Shown here piece after piece: positions 18,885 to 29,631 of a DNA stretch of 64,000 nucleotides. The position numbers and the translations under genes were made by a program. Position 1 is the first letter of the stretch. Each line of letters starts with the position of its first letter. The stretch comes from Acidobacteriota bacterium (lineage in GTDB: Bacteria; Acidobacteriota; UBA890; WLXD01), in contig CAXWPH010000015.1 of NCBI GenBank assembly GCA_963666055.2, forward strand, positions 576,001 to 640,000. Direction: 5' to 3'. The notes under the pieces are model-generated. The model saw nothing but the letters and a program-made list of their open reading frames with translations. It did no database searches and was not told where the DNA came from.

Positions 18885-20844
18885 CGTGCTTCTGCATCCA
18901 CCTGATCTCTTCGATATCACGCCTGCGCTGGTGCCTCGGTTCACGGAAGCCGTGGGGCTCGCGCGGAAAGCTCACGTAGCGCACCGGCGCCTTGCCGATG
19001 TCCTTGAGCGCGGTGAAGAACAGCATGCTCTGTTGGGGAGTGCTGACCAGATCGCGCTCCCCGTGCAGTAGCAGCGTTGCGGTTGTCACGTCCTTCACGT
19101 ACCAGAGGGACGACACCCGGCGCCACTCCTGTGGGTTGACCCAGTGGGCTCCGCCAATGTAGTGGAGGCGGAGATCGTAGCTCAACCCGGGTCCCGTTTC
19201 CGCCGTCCAACTTCCCACCATGGCACCCAGGACCGCTGCCTTGAAGCGGTCGGTTTGGGTGATAACCCAGCTGCCTAGGATCCCTCCCCAACTCCAACCG
19301 CGTAGCCCCAACCGGTCGGGATCGACCTGGCGCTCGTCGATCAGGTAGTCGACGCCGGTCATCACGTCGTCGTACTCGCCACCTCCGACATCGCCCATGA
19401 GCGCGGTCAGAAGCTCGTCGCCGTAGCTGTCGCTACCGCGAATGTTCGGTCCAAACGAGGCGTACCCGAGGCCGGCGAAGACATGGAAGTCGGGCCAGAA
19501 CTCGTTGGCGAAATGGCCAGGTGGGCCACCGTGGATGTCGAGTATCAGCGGGACCTTGGACCCCCGCTGGGAGATTCCGGGTCGGTAAAAGACTCCTTCG
19601 ATCTCCATCCCGTCCTTGCTCGCCCAGCGCACGATCTCGGCATCCGCCAGCATGATCTCCTTCTCGATCCACGGATTGGCACGGGTCAACCGAACAGGGT
19701 CGAGCTGCTCGACCGCAGAGGCGTATAGATCGGTCGGGGTCTCGAAGTCGTTGAACGAGTAGACCATCCGCGTTCGATCTTCAGAGAAGTCGAGGGCGCG
19801 GAGCGTACCGGTGACGCTCGTGATGTCGGTTACCCGTCCAGTCTGCACATCGACGCGGTAGAGATTGCTGTTGGTGCGACGCGTCTCAGTGAATAGCAAG
19901 CTCTCGCTGTTTGGCGTCCAGGTAAGGCCAGAGATCTGGCCCTGCTGCTGACCTTCCAGCTTCTTCTTGTCACCCGTATCGACATCCATGACCCAGATAA
20001 AGCCGTGGGTGAGGTCGTATCCGGCGTCGGTGGGAGCGTGATACGCGACCGATCTTCCGTCCGGCGCCCACACGGCGCTCCGCTCGGGAGCGTTGTTGTG
20101 AGTCAGCCGAACGACCTGCCGGCTTCGCGTGTCGACGAGGTAAAGCTCGGACAAGTGGTGGTAGTTGTCGAGGTCTTGCCGCATTGCCGCAAACACCACG
20201 CGGCTGCCATCTGGCGACACATCGAACTCACTGATGATGAGCTCCTCCTCGGTCAGACGTGTCTCCTCCTTCGACGAAAGGCTGAATGCCCACAGGTTGC
20301 GCCAAGCAGCCTGCTGTCTGCCGTTCGCACCCTCGCGAACATAGAACGCGTCCGACCCCCGGTCGTATTCTTCCTGCTCCTCGTCGCTCCTCGCTTCGTC
20401 GGCGCTGAACAGTATTTGGCTGGCGTCGGAGGCCCACTGATACGTGGCGATACTGTTCTGGTGTCTGGTGAGTTGGTGAGCCTCACCACCAGAAACGCTC
20501 ATCAGGAAGATCTGCTGATCACCCTCGACGGGCCGCAGAAAGGACAGGTGCCTGCCGTCGGGGGAGAACCGAAACGCGCTGCCGCCCGCCTCCCCGATGA
20601 ACTCCGTCGCCGCCCCGCCGTCGGCGGCCGTCAGGTAGTGCCTTTGCCTTCTCTCGTTCTGGTCCCAGTCAAGCTCGGATTTCGAGAAGAAAACCCATTC
20701 ACCGCTGGGAGACATTCGAACGTTCTGAAGACGAACCATATTCAAGGCGTCGTCAACCGTCATCGGGCGACGCACGACATCCTGCGCGAAGAGACTTGTG
20801 GCGGTGAGGGCGCTGGCGATCACCGCAACGATGACGTTCCTCAT
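18832..20844 (-). CDS. S9 family peptidase (acylaminoacyl peptidase-like), secreted
   Basis: Propeller repeats; IHGGP, GWSWGG, HGERD and EPHG motifs. Confidence 0.92.
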   Translation of the reverse strand: MRNVIVAVIASALTATSLFAQDVVRRPMTVDDALNMVRLQNVRMSPSGEWVFFSKSELDWDQNERRQRHYLTAADGGAATEFIGEAGGSAFRFSPDGRHLSFLRPVEGDQQIFLMSVSGGEAHQLTRHQNSIATYQWASDASQILFSADEARSDEEQEEYDRGSDAFYVREGANGRQQAAWRNLWAFSLSSKEETRLTEEELIISEFDVSPDGSRVVFAAMRQDLDNYHHLSELYLVDTRSRQVVRLTHNNAPERSAVWAPDGRSVAYHAPTDAGYDLTHGFIWVMDVDTGDKKKLEGQQQGQISGLTWTPNSESLLFTETRRTNSNLYRVDVQTGRVTDITSVTGTLRALDFSEDRTRMVYSFNDFETPTDLYASAVEQLDPVRLTRANPWIEKEIMLADAEIVRWASKDGMEIEGVFYRPGISQRGSKVPLILDIHGGPPGHFANEFWPDFHVFAGLGYASFGPNIRGSDSYGDELLTALMGDVGGGEYDDVMTGVDYLIDERQVDPDRLGLRGWSWGGILGSWVITQTDRFKAAVLGAMVGSWTAETGPGLSYDLRLHYIGGAHWVNPQEWRRVSSLWYVKDVTTATLLLHGERDLVSTPQQSMLFFTALKDIGKAPVRYVSFPREPHGFREPRHQRRRDIEEIRWMQKHVMGIEWKPWERSPRGTR

Positions 20845-20995
20845 TGGCCTACTCCTGTCGAAAACGCGCCTCATGACCAATGTGGTCATCTTGCCGGCCT
20901 ACGGTGTCGCAGTGCCGAGCGCCAGATTACCTACGCCGTCCGTGGGTCGCTCGAAAAAACGGGAGCCTGGCTCCGCAGAAGCCAGGCTCGATCAG

Positions 20996-22411
20996 CTACT
21001 CGGCTCGCGCCAAATCCACCACGACGTCCCACATGAATCGGACGAAGCGGTGTAGCTCCTCTACCAAGATCCGCTCCTGGTCGCTGTGCGCCCCGAATCC
21101 TTTCGGGCCGTCTTCCCGGTCGATCGCCGGGCCAACGCCATAACACTGGATTCCCTTGGCGCGCAGGTACGCCATGTCGGTGGCGCCCGTCTGCATCATC
21201 GGCAGGGTAACGGTGTCGTAATGCTTGCTGATATTGGCTTCGATGGTATGGAAGGCTTCGGTGTCGAGGCGCGCCGCGCCCGGCGGGCGGGCGTTGCGCT
21301 GACCGAGCGAGACCTCCACCGCCGGGTCGTCGATCACCCTACGGATCTCATCGAGAAACGCCGCAATGTCCTCGTCTGGGAGGGCGCGTAGGTCAACCGA
21401 ACCGCGGGCGTCGGAGGGAATGATGTTGATCCGATAGCCGGCATCGATGATCGTCGGTGACAGTGACGACCGTACCATCGAGGCGTGGCGCGGCTCATGC
21501 TCGAGGAAGTACTCGTCTGCCGCCCTCGCGGTCTCCGGGTCGAGCACCTGCAGGTAGCGTGCCGCCGCCTCCGGCTCCGAGATCGTTGCCAGCCGACGGA
21601 AGTACTCGCTGGTGGTCTCATTCAAGCGGATCGGACTACGCCAGTCGGCGATCGCCGCGATCGCTTTGGACAAGTGCGCCACCGGATTGGTCTTCAGCGG
21701 TACGGAACCGTGACCGGCAACTCCGCGGGCTACCAGTTCGACGCGATAGGGGATTTTCTCGACTGTCTCTACGGAGGCGTAGCGCACCGCCCCCGAGACG
21801 CGCGTAACGCTACCTCCCTCTGCCAGGCAGTACTCGGCCGCGATCTCGTCGAGGTGATTGTTGACCATGAACTCGATCCCGTACTGCGTACTCCCCTCCT
21901 CGCCCGACTCGGCCAGGAAGATGACATCGCGCTGCAGCGCTACCTCTCGGCGGGCAAGCTCGAGCATGACCATCAGGCCGGCAACGACGTTGTCCTTGTC
22001 ATCGACCGTGCCGCGGCTGTAGATGTAGCCGTCGGCCAGCGTGCCGCTGAATGGCGGGTAGGTCCACTTCTCGGGATCGACGTTTACCGTGTCGGTATGC
22101 CCCATGATCAGCAGCGGCGGTTTCGCTCCCGATCCACGGAGGCGCGCTACGACATTGGGGCGGTTATCGTCGGTGGCGAACATCCGCACAGCGATACCCT
22201 CGGCCTCGAGGACGTCTCTGATGTACTCCGCCGCCGGCCGTTCGATGCCGAGTGGGTCGCTGGTATCGAATCGCAACAGCGCCTGGAAGTGGCGCAGGGT
22301 CTCCGCTTCGAAAGCCGCCAGATCCGGCTCAACTCTCTGTGCCAGAACGGGCGGCTGCGCAAGAACCGACAACGACAACAGAATCGCAAAACACGCGGCG
22401 AGTCTCTTCAT
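20996..22411 (-). CDS. M20/M25/M40 family metallohydrolase, secreted
   Basis: GHTDTV, RGTVDDK, GEE, GATD and AHSDQE motifs. Confidence 0.9.
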   Translation of the reverse strand: MKRLAACFAILLSLSVLAQPPVLAQRVEPDLAAFEAETLRHFQALLRFDTSDPLGIERPAAEYIRDVLEAEGIAVRMFATDDNRPNVVARLRGSGAKPPLLIMGHTDTVNVDPEKWTYPPFSGTLADGYIYSRGTVDDKDNVVAGLMVMLELARREVALQRDVIFLAESGEEGSTQYGIEFMVNNHLDEIAAEYCLAEGGSVTRVSGAVRYASVETVEKIPYRVELVARGVAGHGSVPLKTNPVAHLSKAIAAIADWRSPIRLNETTSEYFRRLATISEPEAAARYLQVLDPETARAADEYFLEHEPRHASMVRSSLSPTIIDAGYRINIIPSDARGSVDLRALPDEDIAAFLDEIRRVIDDPAVEVSLGQRNARPPGAARLDTEAFHTIEANISKHYDTVTLPMMQTGATDMAYLRAKGIQCYGVGPAIDREDGPKGFGAHSDQERILVEELHRFVRFMWDVVVDLARAE

Positions 22412-23451
22412 GTCGCAACACTACCAAGGCCGCGGTCGCCGGGCTCGCCGTGCACCACATCTACGAGCGCCTGAACGCTCTCCAGCGGCGTGGCCGGCTG
22501 AATGCCGTGTCCGAGGTTGACGACATGACCCAGCGAAGGAACGCGCGCCAGCAGATCAGCTGCGGCGGCGCGAGTCGCATCCGGCCCCGCCAAGAGGACG
22601 GCGGGGTCGATGTTGCCCTGCAGCGCCTTGGCTGGGCCGATCTGCTCGCGTACGGCCCCGAGATCGACCTTCCAGTCGAGCGAGAAGCACTCGGCGGGCA
22701 GCTCCAAGACCGAGTCGAGCAAATGGGCGCTGTCCTGAAAGTAGAGAATTCGAGGCACCTCGGCCCGGCGCAGCTCATGCAGCAGATCGCGAAGGTGTGG
22801 CCGGACAAGACGGTGCCAATCGCGACGCGACAACAGCCCGCCCCACGAGTCGAAGACCTGTACCGCTTGGGCCCCAGCTTTCGCCTGTTCGATCAGGAAG
22901 GCGGCGGCAAGACGCGTGAGCTTGGCAAGCAATACCTCGAACGTTCGCGGATCTCCGGCCGCCATCGCCCGCAACAGGGGGAACCCTCTGACACCGCGTC
23001 CCTCGACCAGGTAGGCGGCCAGGGAAAGAGGGGCTCCTGCGAAGCCGAGGAGCGCCACATCCTCGCCTAGCTGACGTCGAACCAGGCGCAGTGTCTCGAT
23101 CACGGTGGGTCCGATCTCGGCGGCATCCGGTTCGGGCAGCGCCGCGACATCGGCCGGTGTCCGAATCGGCTGATCCAGCACCGGGCCGGGGTCGAACCGC
23201 ACCGATATGCCCAGCGCCGGGATCGGACTCATCAAGTCTGCAAAGATGATCGCCGCATCCAGCGGGTACCGTTTGAGCGGCAGCAGCGTCACCTCCGCGG
23301 CGAGCTCGGGTGAGCCGGCGAGCTGCTCGAAGCTGTGCTCCTTGCGCATGGCGCGGTACTCGGGCAGGTAGCGTCCCGCCTGGCGCATGATCCACAACGG
23401 CCTTCGAGCGGTGGGCTCGCCGCGCAACGCGGACAGCAGCAGATTGCTCAA
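22408..23451 (-). CDS. hemE: Uroporphyrinogen decarboxylase
   Basis: WIMRQAGRYLPEYR, FDSW, LQGNIDP and NLGHGI; TTG start overlaps the upstream stop. Confidence 0.95.
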   Translation of the reverse strand: MSNLLLSALRGEPTARRPLWIMRQAGRYLPEYRAMRKEHSFEQLAGSPELAAEVTLLPLKRYPLDAAIIFADLMSPIPALGISVRFDPGPVLDQPIRTPADVAALPEPDAAEIGPTVIETLRLVRRQLGEDVALLGFAGAPLSLAAYLVEGRGVRGFPLLRAMAAGDPRTFEVLLAKLTRLAAAFLIEQAKAGAQAVQVFDSWGGLLSRRDWHRLVRPHLRDLLHELRRAEVPRILYFQDSAHLLDSVLELPAECFSLDWKVDLGAVREQIGPAKALQGNIDPAVLLAGPDATRAAAADLLARVPSLGHVVNLGHGIQPATPLESVQALVDVVHGEPGDRGLGSVAT

Positions 23452-24164
23452 TCTTCCAACCCCTGCGGCGTGAATCGGTAACCCACGCCGCGCACCGTAT
23501 GGAAGTAGCGAGGTTCCTGCGGGTTGGGCTCGAAACGCTTGCGCAGCCGGACGATGAAGTTGTCGATCGTGCGCGAGGAAGGATACAGGTCGTAGCCCCA
23601 CACCTTGTCGAGGATCTCTTCGCGGGAAACCACCTCTCCGGCGCGTTCCGCCAGCGCCTTGAGGATCATCGCTTCCTTTTGGGTCAGCGTTTGTTCGCCG
23701 CCATGCCAAGAGCGTCCTTCGAACGTCCTCAGATCGAACTCGTTGTCTCCGAAGCGAATGACAGCGCCCCCAAAGGGCATCACGTCATACCATCGGCGGC
23801 GACGCAGTATGGCGCCCACACGTAGCAGGAACTCTTGCAGGTGAAAGGGCTTGGGAAGGTAATCATCACCCCCGGCCGCCAGCCCCTGGATCCGATCGTC
23901 AACCGAATCCTTGGCGCTCAGGAACAGCACGGGCACATCGCGGCCCTTATCGCGCGCCTCCTCACAGACCGCGAAGCCGTCGAGCCCGGGAAGCATCACG
24001 TCGAGCACCACGAGGTCATAGCCGACCTCGAGAATGCGATCGAGCGCATCGCGCCCGTCGGCGATCGTCTCCACCAGATACCCCTCGGCCTCCAGGTTCT
24101 CGGCGATGCCAGCGGCCAGATGAGGCTCGTCCTCCACAACGAGAATCAACGGTGCGGTGCTCAC
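23448..24164 (-). CDS. OmpR family response regulator
   Basis: VEDE, LDVMLP, DYLPKPF and TVRGVGYRF motifs. Confidence 0.95.
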   Translation of the reverse strand: MSTAPLILVVEDEPHLAAGIAENLEAEGYLVETIADGRDALDRILEVGYDLVVLDVMLPGLDGFAVCEEARDKGRDVPVLFLSAKDSVDDRIQGLAAGGDDYLPKPFHLQEFLLRVGAILRRRRWYDVMPFGGAVIRFGDNEFDLRTFEGRSWHGGEQTLTQKEAMILKALAERAGEVVSREEILDKVWGYDLYPSSRTIDNFIVRLRKRFEPNPQEPRYFHTVRGVGYRFTPQGLED

Positions 24165-24221
24165 GACACAATCTCTGGCTGGCAGCGCATTGCAAGTGAC
24201 CGACGCAGTGGCGCGGCGTCT

Positions 24222-25511
24222 CTATTTCTCCGACCCAGAGGCAAGAGCAATCGCCAACGCCTCGGCCAGTCGCCCGATGTGGTCCTCGGTATGCGCCAGC
24301 GAAAGGAATCCCACCTCGTACGCGGACGGCGCCAGGGCGATCCCCTGATCAACGAGTTGGCGGAAGAAGGAACTGTACGTGCCCGCAGCCCGAGCGTCGA
24401 TCTCCGCAGCTGCCCGTGGTGGTTGGCTGGCGTGAAACGCCAGCCAGAAGATCGAACCGAGACGCACGAGCCGGGCGGCAACCGGGGAACGTTCGAGGAC
24501 CGGCACGACCGCTTGATCTAGAGCCTGCCCGAGCTCCTCGAGCCGGTCCCAGCCGTGGTCGCGCTCCAGGATGCGCAGCGTCGTCAGGCCAGCCGCCATG
24601 GCTACGGGATTGCCCGAAAGCGTGCCGGCCTGGTAAACGGGCCCCTCGGGAGCAAGGTGGCTCATGACTTCGCGCCGGCCGCCGAACGCCCCCACCGGCA
24701 TACCGCCCCCGATGACCTTGCCAAAAGCGGCGAGATCCGGCGTGATGCCATAGTGCTCGGCGGCGCCGCCCTTGCCGAGGCGAAAACCCGTGATCACCTC
24801 GTCGAAGATCAGCAGAGCGCCGCAACGCTCGGTCTCGCGACGCAGCGCGGCCAGAAACTCTGGTCGCTGCAGCAGCAGGCCGTTGTTCGCTGGTACGGGT
24901 TCGATGATGACCGCGGCAATAGCGTCCCCTTCATCGCGAAGCAGATCCGCCGCACGGGCGGTGTCGTCGAGCGGCAGCACCCTGGTATGAGCAACGAAGT
25001 CGTCCGGCACGCCAGCTGACGAGGGCGTCCCGAAGGTCGCGAGTCCGGAGCCAGCCTCCACGAGAAGGTGATCGGCGTGCCCGTGGTAGCACCCCGAGAA
25101 CTTGACGATCAGATCTCGACCGGTAGCGCCTCGCGCCAGGCGGATCGCGCTCATCGTGGCCTCGGTTCCCGATGACACGCATCGCACCTGCTCTAGGCCA
25201 GGGTAGGCGGCGACGACGTGCTCGGCCAGCTCGATCTCTGCACGACAGGGAGCACCGTACGTGGTTCCGCGCGCCGCCGACTCGCAGATGGTAGCCACCA
25301 CCTCGGGGTGTGCGTGACCGAGGATCAGAGGGCCCCACGAGCAGACAAAATCGAGGAACGAACGGCCATCCTCATCGACAATCTCGGCCCCGGCCGCGCT
25401 TCGGATCACCAGCGGCTCACCGCCGACAGCACGAAAAGCCCGCACTGGTGAGTTGACGCCGCTGGGCAGGATCCGGAGTGCGCGTTCGAAAAGAGCTTCG
25501 TTTTGGCTCAG
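24222..25511 (-). CDS. hemL: Glutamate-1-semialdehyde 2,1-aminomutase
   Basis: GVNSPVRAF, SGTEATM, YHGHAD, FGKVIGGG and QAGTLSGNP; start uncertain (CTG overlapping the hemB stop). Confidence 0.95.
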   Translation of the reverse strand: MSQNEALFERALRILPSGVNSPVRAFRAVGGEPLVIRSAAGAEIVDEDGRSFLDFVCSWGPLILGHAHPEVVATICESAARGTTYGAPCRAEIELAEHVVAAYPGLEQVRCVSSGTEATMSAIRLARGATGRDLIVKFSGCYHGHADHLLVEAGSGLATFGTPSSAGVPDDFVAHTRVLPLDDTARAADLLRDEGDAIAAVIIEPVPANNGLLLQRPEFLAALRRETERCGALLIFDEVITGFRLGKGGAAEHYGITPDLAAFGKVIGGGMPVGAFGGRREVMSHLAPEGPVYQAGTLSGNPVAMAAGLTTLRILERDHGWDRLEELGQALDQAVVPVLERSPVAARLVRLGSIFWLAFHASQPPRAAAEIDARAAGTYSSFFRQLVDQGIALAPSAYEVGFLSLAHTEDHIGRLAEALAIALASGSEK

Positions 25512-26503
25512 ATCCAGCCTCCAGCGAGCGCATCGCGAGCATGATAGGTGATCACGATGTCGGCTCCGGCGCGGCGTATCGCGTGCAGGTTCTCGCTTAC
25601 GATTCGGCGTTCGTCGAGCCAACCCGCCGCGGCAGCCGCCTTCACAGAGGAGTACTCGCCGGAGACGTTGTAGGCAACAAGCGGAAGTCGGCTTGCTGCT
25701 CGCACCCGGGCGATCACGTCCAGGTAGGCGAGCGCCGGTTTCACCATGAGCATGTCGGCACCCTCCTCCTCGTCAAGAAGCGCCTCGCGTACGGCCTCGT
25801 CGACGTTGCGCGGGTCCATCTGGTAGGAGCAGCGATCGCCGTGCCCGGGCGCCGATTCGGCCGCGTCACGGAACGGTCCGTAGTATGCGGAGGCGAACTT
25901 GGCTGAATACGACATGATCCCGGTTGCGGTGAGCCCGCGCTCGTCGAGAGCATCCCGGATCGCTGCCACGCGTCCGTCCATCATGTCCGAGGGCGCCACC
26001 AGATCGGCGCCCGCTTCGGCGTGTGAAACGGCCATCGCGGCGAGCGGGGCCAGCGAGCTGTCGTTGTCGACCTGGCCATCGCTGGTCAGCAGGCCACAGT
26101 GGCCATGGTCGGTGTAGGCGCACAGGCATACGTCGGTAACCACGACGAGATCGTCGCCGAACTTTGCCTTGGCCTCGCGTACGGCACGAGCCACCGGAGC
26201 TTGCGGATCGGCCGCCGCGGCACCGTCGGGCCCCTTGCTCTCTGGGCCAGGAACACCGAAGAGAAGCACCGTGCGAATCCCCAGCGCCAGGTCCGTCTCG
26301 ATCTGCGCCAGCAGCTCGGCTCGGCCGAGGCGCGAGATACCCGGCATCGACGCGATGGGTTCCTCCCCATGCTCGCCGGGGAGCACGAAGTGCGGCATGA
26401 CGAGATTGTCGGCGCTCACTCGGGTCTCGGCAACGAGATTCCGCAATGCGGCCGTCCGACGTGTCCGACGAGGGCGCTTTCGGCCCGGCAACGTTGTGCT
26501 CAT
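25508..26503 (-). CDS. hemB: Porphobilinogen synthase
   Basis: DVCLCAYTDHGHCG, APSDMMDG, YYGPFRDA and MVKPA. Confidence 0.96.
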   Translation of the reverse strand: MSTTLPGRKRPRRTRRTAALRNLVAETRVSADNLVMPHFVLPGEHGEEPIASMPGISRLGRAELLAQIETDLALGIRTVLLFGVPGPESKGPDGAAAADPQAPVARAVREAKAKFGDDLVVVTDVCLCAYTDHGHCGLLTSDGQVDNDSSLAPLAAMAVSHAEAGADLVAPSDMMDGRVAAIRDALDERGLTATGIMSYSAKFASAYYGPFRDAAESAPGHGDRCSYQMDPRNVDEAVREALLDEEEGADMLMVKPALAYLDVIARVRAASRLPLVAYNVSGEYSSVKAAAAAGWLDERRIVSENLHAIRRAGADIVITYHARDALAGGWI

Positions 26504-27285
26504 TGACGGCTCTCCGCATAGGCAACGGTTTCCCGCAGGGCGTCCAGCAGACCTCCCAAGCTCCGGGTCGTCGCCTCGGAGCCCACCGTCAGTCCAGCCT
26601 CGACTATCGCCTCGGTGGTCGATGGGCCAATCGAGATCAGCAGGACACCCGACGGCACCGACGCCCGGTTGAGAAGGCCCCGAACGGCCGATGGGCTGGC
26701 CAGGAAAATGGCGTCCAGATTCCACTTGGCGAGGTCCTCGCGCGGCTCCGAAGGGGGCGCCGGGAGAGTGCGGTAGACGGAGAATCGTGCGGTCCGCACA
26801 CCGACGGTCTGCAGACGTTGTTCGAGCTCCGGCCTCGCCCCTTCCGGACCAGCGACCACAACGGTGGCCGGCGACCCCGCCTGGACAGCAGCAAGCAGGG
26901 GAATCAAAGCATCTGCCAGCGACGTTGCCGTGCCGCCAGGCGCCACCAGGTCGACCTTCCCCCAGCGTTCGCTCGCAGCTTTCTCGGTCGCCGGCCCGAC
27001 GACAGCGACGCGCGTGCTGCGCGGAAGGTCGGATCGAGGTTCCAGGAGCTGTGCGACATTGGCAACACCGCGAGGCGAGGTCAAGACGAGCCACTCCGCA
27101 TGCTCGATCGCCAACTCCAGCTGCTCGCGCAGGGCCGGAGAGCGGATCGGCTCGCAGGCGATACAGGGAAACGCCACGGCTTCGGCGCCAGCGGCCTCGA
27201 CCCGCACAGCCCACCGCTGAACATCCTCCCGGGCACGAGTCAACAGAATCCGGCAGCCACCCGGAACCTCCGTAGAGCACGCCAT
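26500..27285 (-). CDS. hemD: Uroporphyrinogen-III synthase
   Basis: LTSPRGV, VGPAT, ASPSAV and SIGPST; operon position. Confidence 0.88.
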   Translation of the reverse strand: MACSTEVPGGCRILLTRAREDVQRWAVRVEAAGAEAVAFPCIACEPIRSPALREQLELAIEHAEWLVLTSPRGVANVAQLLEPRSDLPRSTRVAVVGPATEKAASERWGKVDLVAPGGTATSLADALIPLLAAVQAGSPATVVVAGPEGARPELEQRLQTVGVRTARFSVYRTLPAPPSEPREDLAKWNLDAIFLASPSAVRGLLNRASVPSGVLLISIGPSTTEAIVEAGLTVGSEATTRSLGGLLDALRETVAYAESRQ

Positions 27286-28247
27286 CAGGTCTGATCCGTG
27301 GCCAGCGCCGCCGTCGTCGGCGCTTCGTGCAACAGCTGCTCCGCGACGGAAACGGCAATCTGGCCGACGTCGCTGCCCATCGATTCGGCACGGCGCAGGC
27401 ACCGACCAACTCCAAGAACGGCGGTCAGCTTGAACACGCCGTCGTCAGTTGAACGACACCAGGCGCCGACCGGAACCTGACAGCCGCCTTCGACGAGGTC
27501 GAGAAGACGCCGCTCGACATCAACCTCGCGACGAGAGCTCGGCGCGTCGATCGCCGCGATCGCGGCGCGTGCCGACGCATCGGCAGCGCGGACCTGTACC
27601 GCTAGAGCACCCTGAGATGGCGCCGGCACGAAGATCTCAGGGTCGAGACGACGGCAGATGATGCCATCAAGGTCGTCGGCCGAGTCTGGGTCATCGCCCG
27701 ACTCGCCGGTCTCTTGCAGGCGCTCCAATCCGGCCATCGCCAGCACGATTGCATCGTAGTTCCCGGTGCGAAGCTTGTTGATTCGCGTCGGAACATTGCC
27801 GCGCAGCGGCACGGTGACCACGTCGGGGCGCAACTCGCGCAGCAGGGCCTCTCGGCGCGCCGACCCGGTTCCCACGCGGGCCGCCTGTCGCACCGGGATC
27901 GGTCCCTGATCTGACGCCATGGCCTCGGGCCGAAGCAGCAGGCAGTCGGCCGGGTCTAGTCGCTCGGGCATCGCCGCGATCACGAGCCCCTCCGGGCTCA
28001 TCGCCGGGAGGTCCTTGTACGAGTGGACCGCCGCATCGATCTCTTCTCTCAGTAGCGCCGCCTCTATCTCGCGCACGAATATCCCGGTGGCACCGATCTC
28101 GTGGAAGGGCAAGTGCTGTTCCTGGTCGCCGGCAGTCTCGATGCAGCGAATTTCCACGGTATGTCCGTGCCGTTGCAATAAACTCGCAACTCGGGCCGTC
28201 TGCGTCTTGGCCAACCGAGAGCCGCGCGTGCCGATTCGAAGTCTCAT
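27285..28247 (-). CDS. hemC: Hydroxymethylbilane synthase
   Basis: IGTRGSRLA, VHSYKDLP, RGNVPTR and EGGCQVP. Confidence 0.95.
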   Translation of the reverse strand: MRLRIGTRGSRLAKTQTARVASLLQRHGHTVEIRCIETAGDQEQHLPFHEIGATGIFVREIEAALLREEIDAAVHSYKDLPAMSPEGLVIAAMPERLDPADCLLLRPEAMASDQGPIPVRQAARVGTGSARREALLRELRPDVVTVPLRGNVPTRINKLRTGNYDAIVLAMAGLERLQETGESGDDPDSADDLDGIICRRLDPEIFVPAPSQGALAVQVRAADASARAAIAAIDAPSSRREVDVERRLLDLVEGGCQVPVGAWCRSTDDGVFKLTAVLGVGRCLRRAESMGSDVGQIAVSVAEQLLHEAPTTAALATDQT

Positions 28248-29584
28248 ACGACCTCCTCATCACCGAGGTCGTCGCGCCCGTCGATGGTCCCCGGCGCCAG
28301 ATCAGCCAGCTGCGAGATCGCCGGGTCATCGGACGCGGTAAGAAAAGTTCGGATCGCTTGCAGATCCGACTGCGCTGCAAGCGCTTGAAGACCCACCATC
28401 GGGACATGCGCCAGATGCCGAGCGAGCGTCTCCGCCCAGCGGCGAATCCCCTCTTGTTGCTCCTCGCGCACCCCCGCAAGATCGTTGCGCAACAGCCGAT
28501 TGACGCTGGCCAGGGCGGTCTCCCGGTACCGTTCGTTGAGGCCTGCGATCACCGGCGAGACGGCGCGCCGCGCCAGCCGCCGCCGCAACGCCACCAGCGC
28601 ATTATCGACGAGCTGACGGGCTTCGATGGAGTCGGCGCGACGGCGGTCACTGTTGGTGCGGGCTTCCGCGATGATCTCGTCCATACCGACGTACTCGAGC
28701 CCCGCTGTAGCGGCCGCATCCGCGTCGATGTCGGGGGGTACTGCCAGATCCACCAGCAGCGGACCGGGGCTCGCGGGCGCGGCCGCCGCCAGACGGCCCA
28801 ACGCCTCGCGGCCGAAAAGCGGCTCGGGCGAACCGGTTGCCGAGACCACCACCGCAACGCTGTCCGGGCTTTCCAGGAAACGCTCCAGGCTACGAGTGAC
28901 AGCACCCAGCGCCGCCCCCAACTCGTCGGCTCTCTCGCTGCTGCGGTTGACCACGATGATTTCGTGTCCATCGCTCGCCAGCCGCTCGCCACAGCGCTGC
29001 GTCATCGGCGAGACGCCGATCAGAGCAACCGCCCCACGAGCGCCACCCACGTGGCGGTGTATGCGGTCGAGGGCGATCTCGGCAAGCGACAGCCGGCCGG
29101 AGCCAAAGTGACTTCGGGCCCGTACCGAGCGTCCGACGCGCAGAGTCTCACCGAATAGCCATTCGAGGCGAGCGCCCAGGCTCCCCGCCTCTCGCGCCTG
29201 CTCGACGGCTTGCCGTATCTGGCCCGGAATCTCGTATTCACCGACGAGCGCCGAATCGAGGCCTGCGGCCACCAGAAACAGGTGCTCGACGGCACCCTCG
29301 CCGGCCCATATTCGCAATCTCCGCGTTGCCTCTCCGGCCGACGTGCTGCCGGTGAGCGCCTTGTGCACGCGTCCACGGTACTCGACGGGCGTCGTGCTGC
29401 CGTCACCGACCAGGATCACTTCGACGCGGTTGCAGGTCGCCAGATAGACGACCTCTCGAGCCTCGAGTTGACGAGGCAACTCGGCCAGACGGCCGGCGCG
29501 CTCTATCTCGGGGATGGTGTAAGACTCGAGGCCCTGTGCATCTCCGTGACGCCACGAAGCCCCGACTACGCAGATCTCATTCAC
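28244..29584 (-). CDS. hemA: Glutamyl-tRNA reductase
   Basis: TCNRVE, GLDSALVGEYEIPGQ and DLAVPPDI. Confidence 0.92.
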   Translation of the reverse strand: MNEICVVGASWRHGDAQGLESYTIPEIERAGRLAELPRQLEAREVVYLATCNRVEVILVGDGSTTPVEYRGRVHKALTGSTSAGEATRRLRIWAGEGAVEHLFLVAAGLDSALVGEYEIPGQIRQAVEQAREAGSLGARLEWLFGETLRVGRSVRARSHFGSGRLSLAEIALDRIHRHVGGARGAVALIGVSPMTQRCGERLASDGHEIIVVNRSSERADELGAALGAVTRSLERFLESPDSVAVVVSATGSPEPLFGREALGRLAAAAPASPGPLLVDLAVPPDIDADAAATAGLEYVGMDEIIAEARTNSDRRRADSIEARQLVDNALVALRRRLARRAVSPVIAGLNERYRETALASVNRLLRNDLAGVREEQQEGIRRWAETLARHLAHVPMVGLQALAAQSDLQAIRTFLTASDDPAISQLADLAPGTIDGRDDLGDEEVV

Positions 29585-29631
29585 GACCGCATGTTCTAGC
29601 AGGCGGAGCGCGTCAATGTGTCATGGAACTG

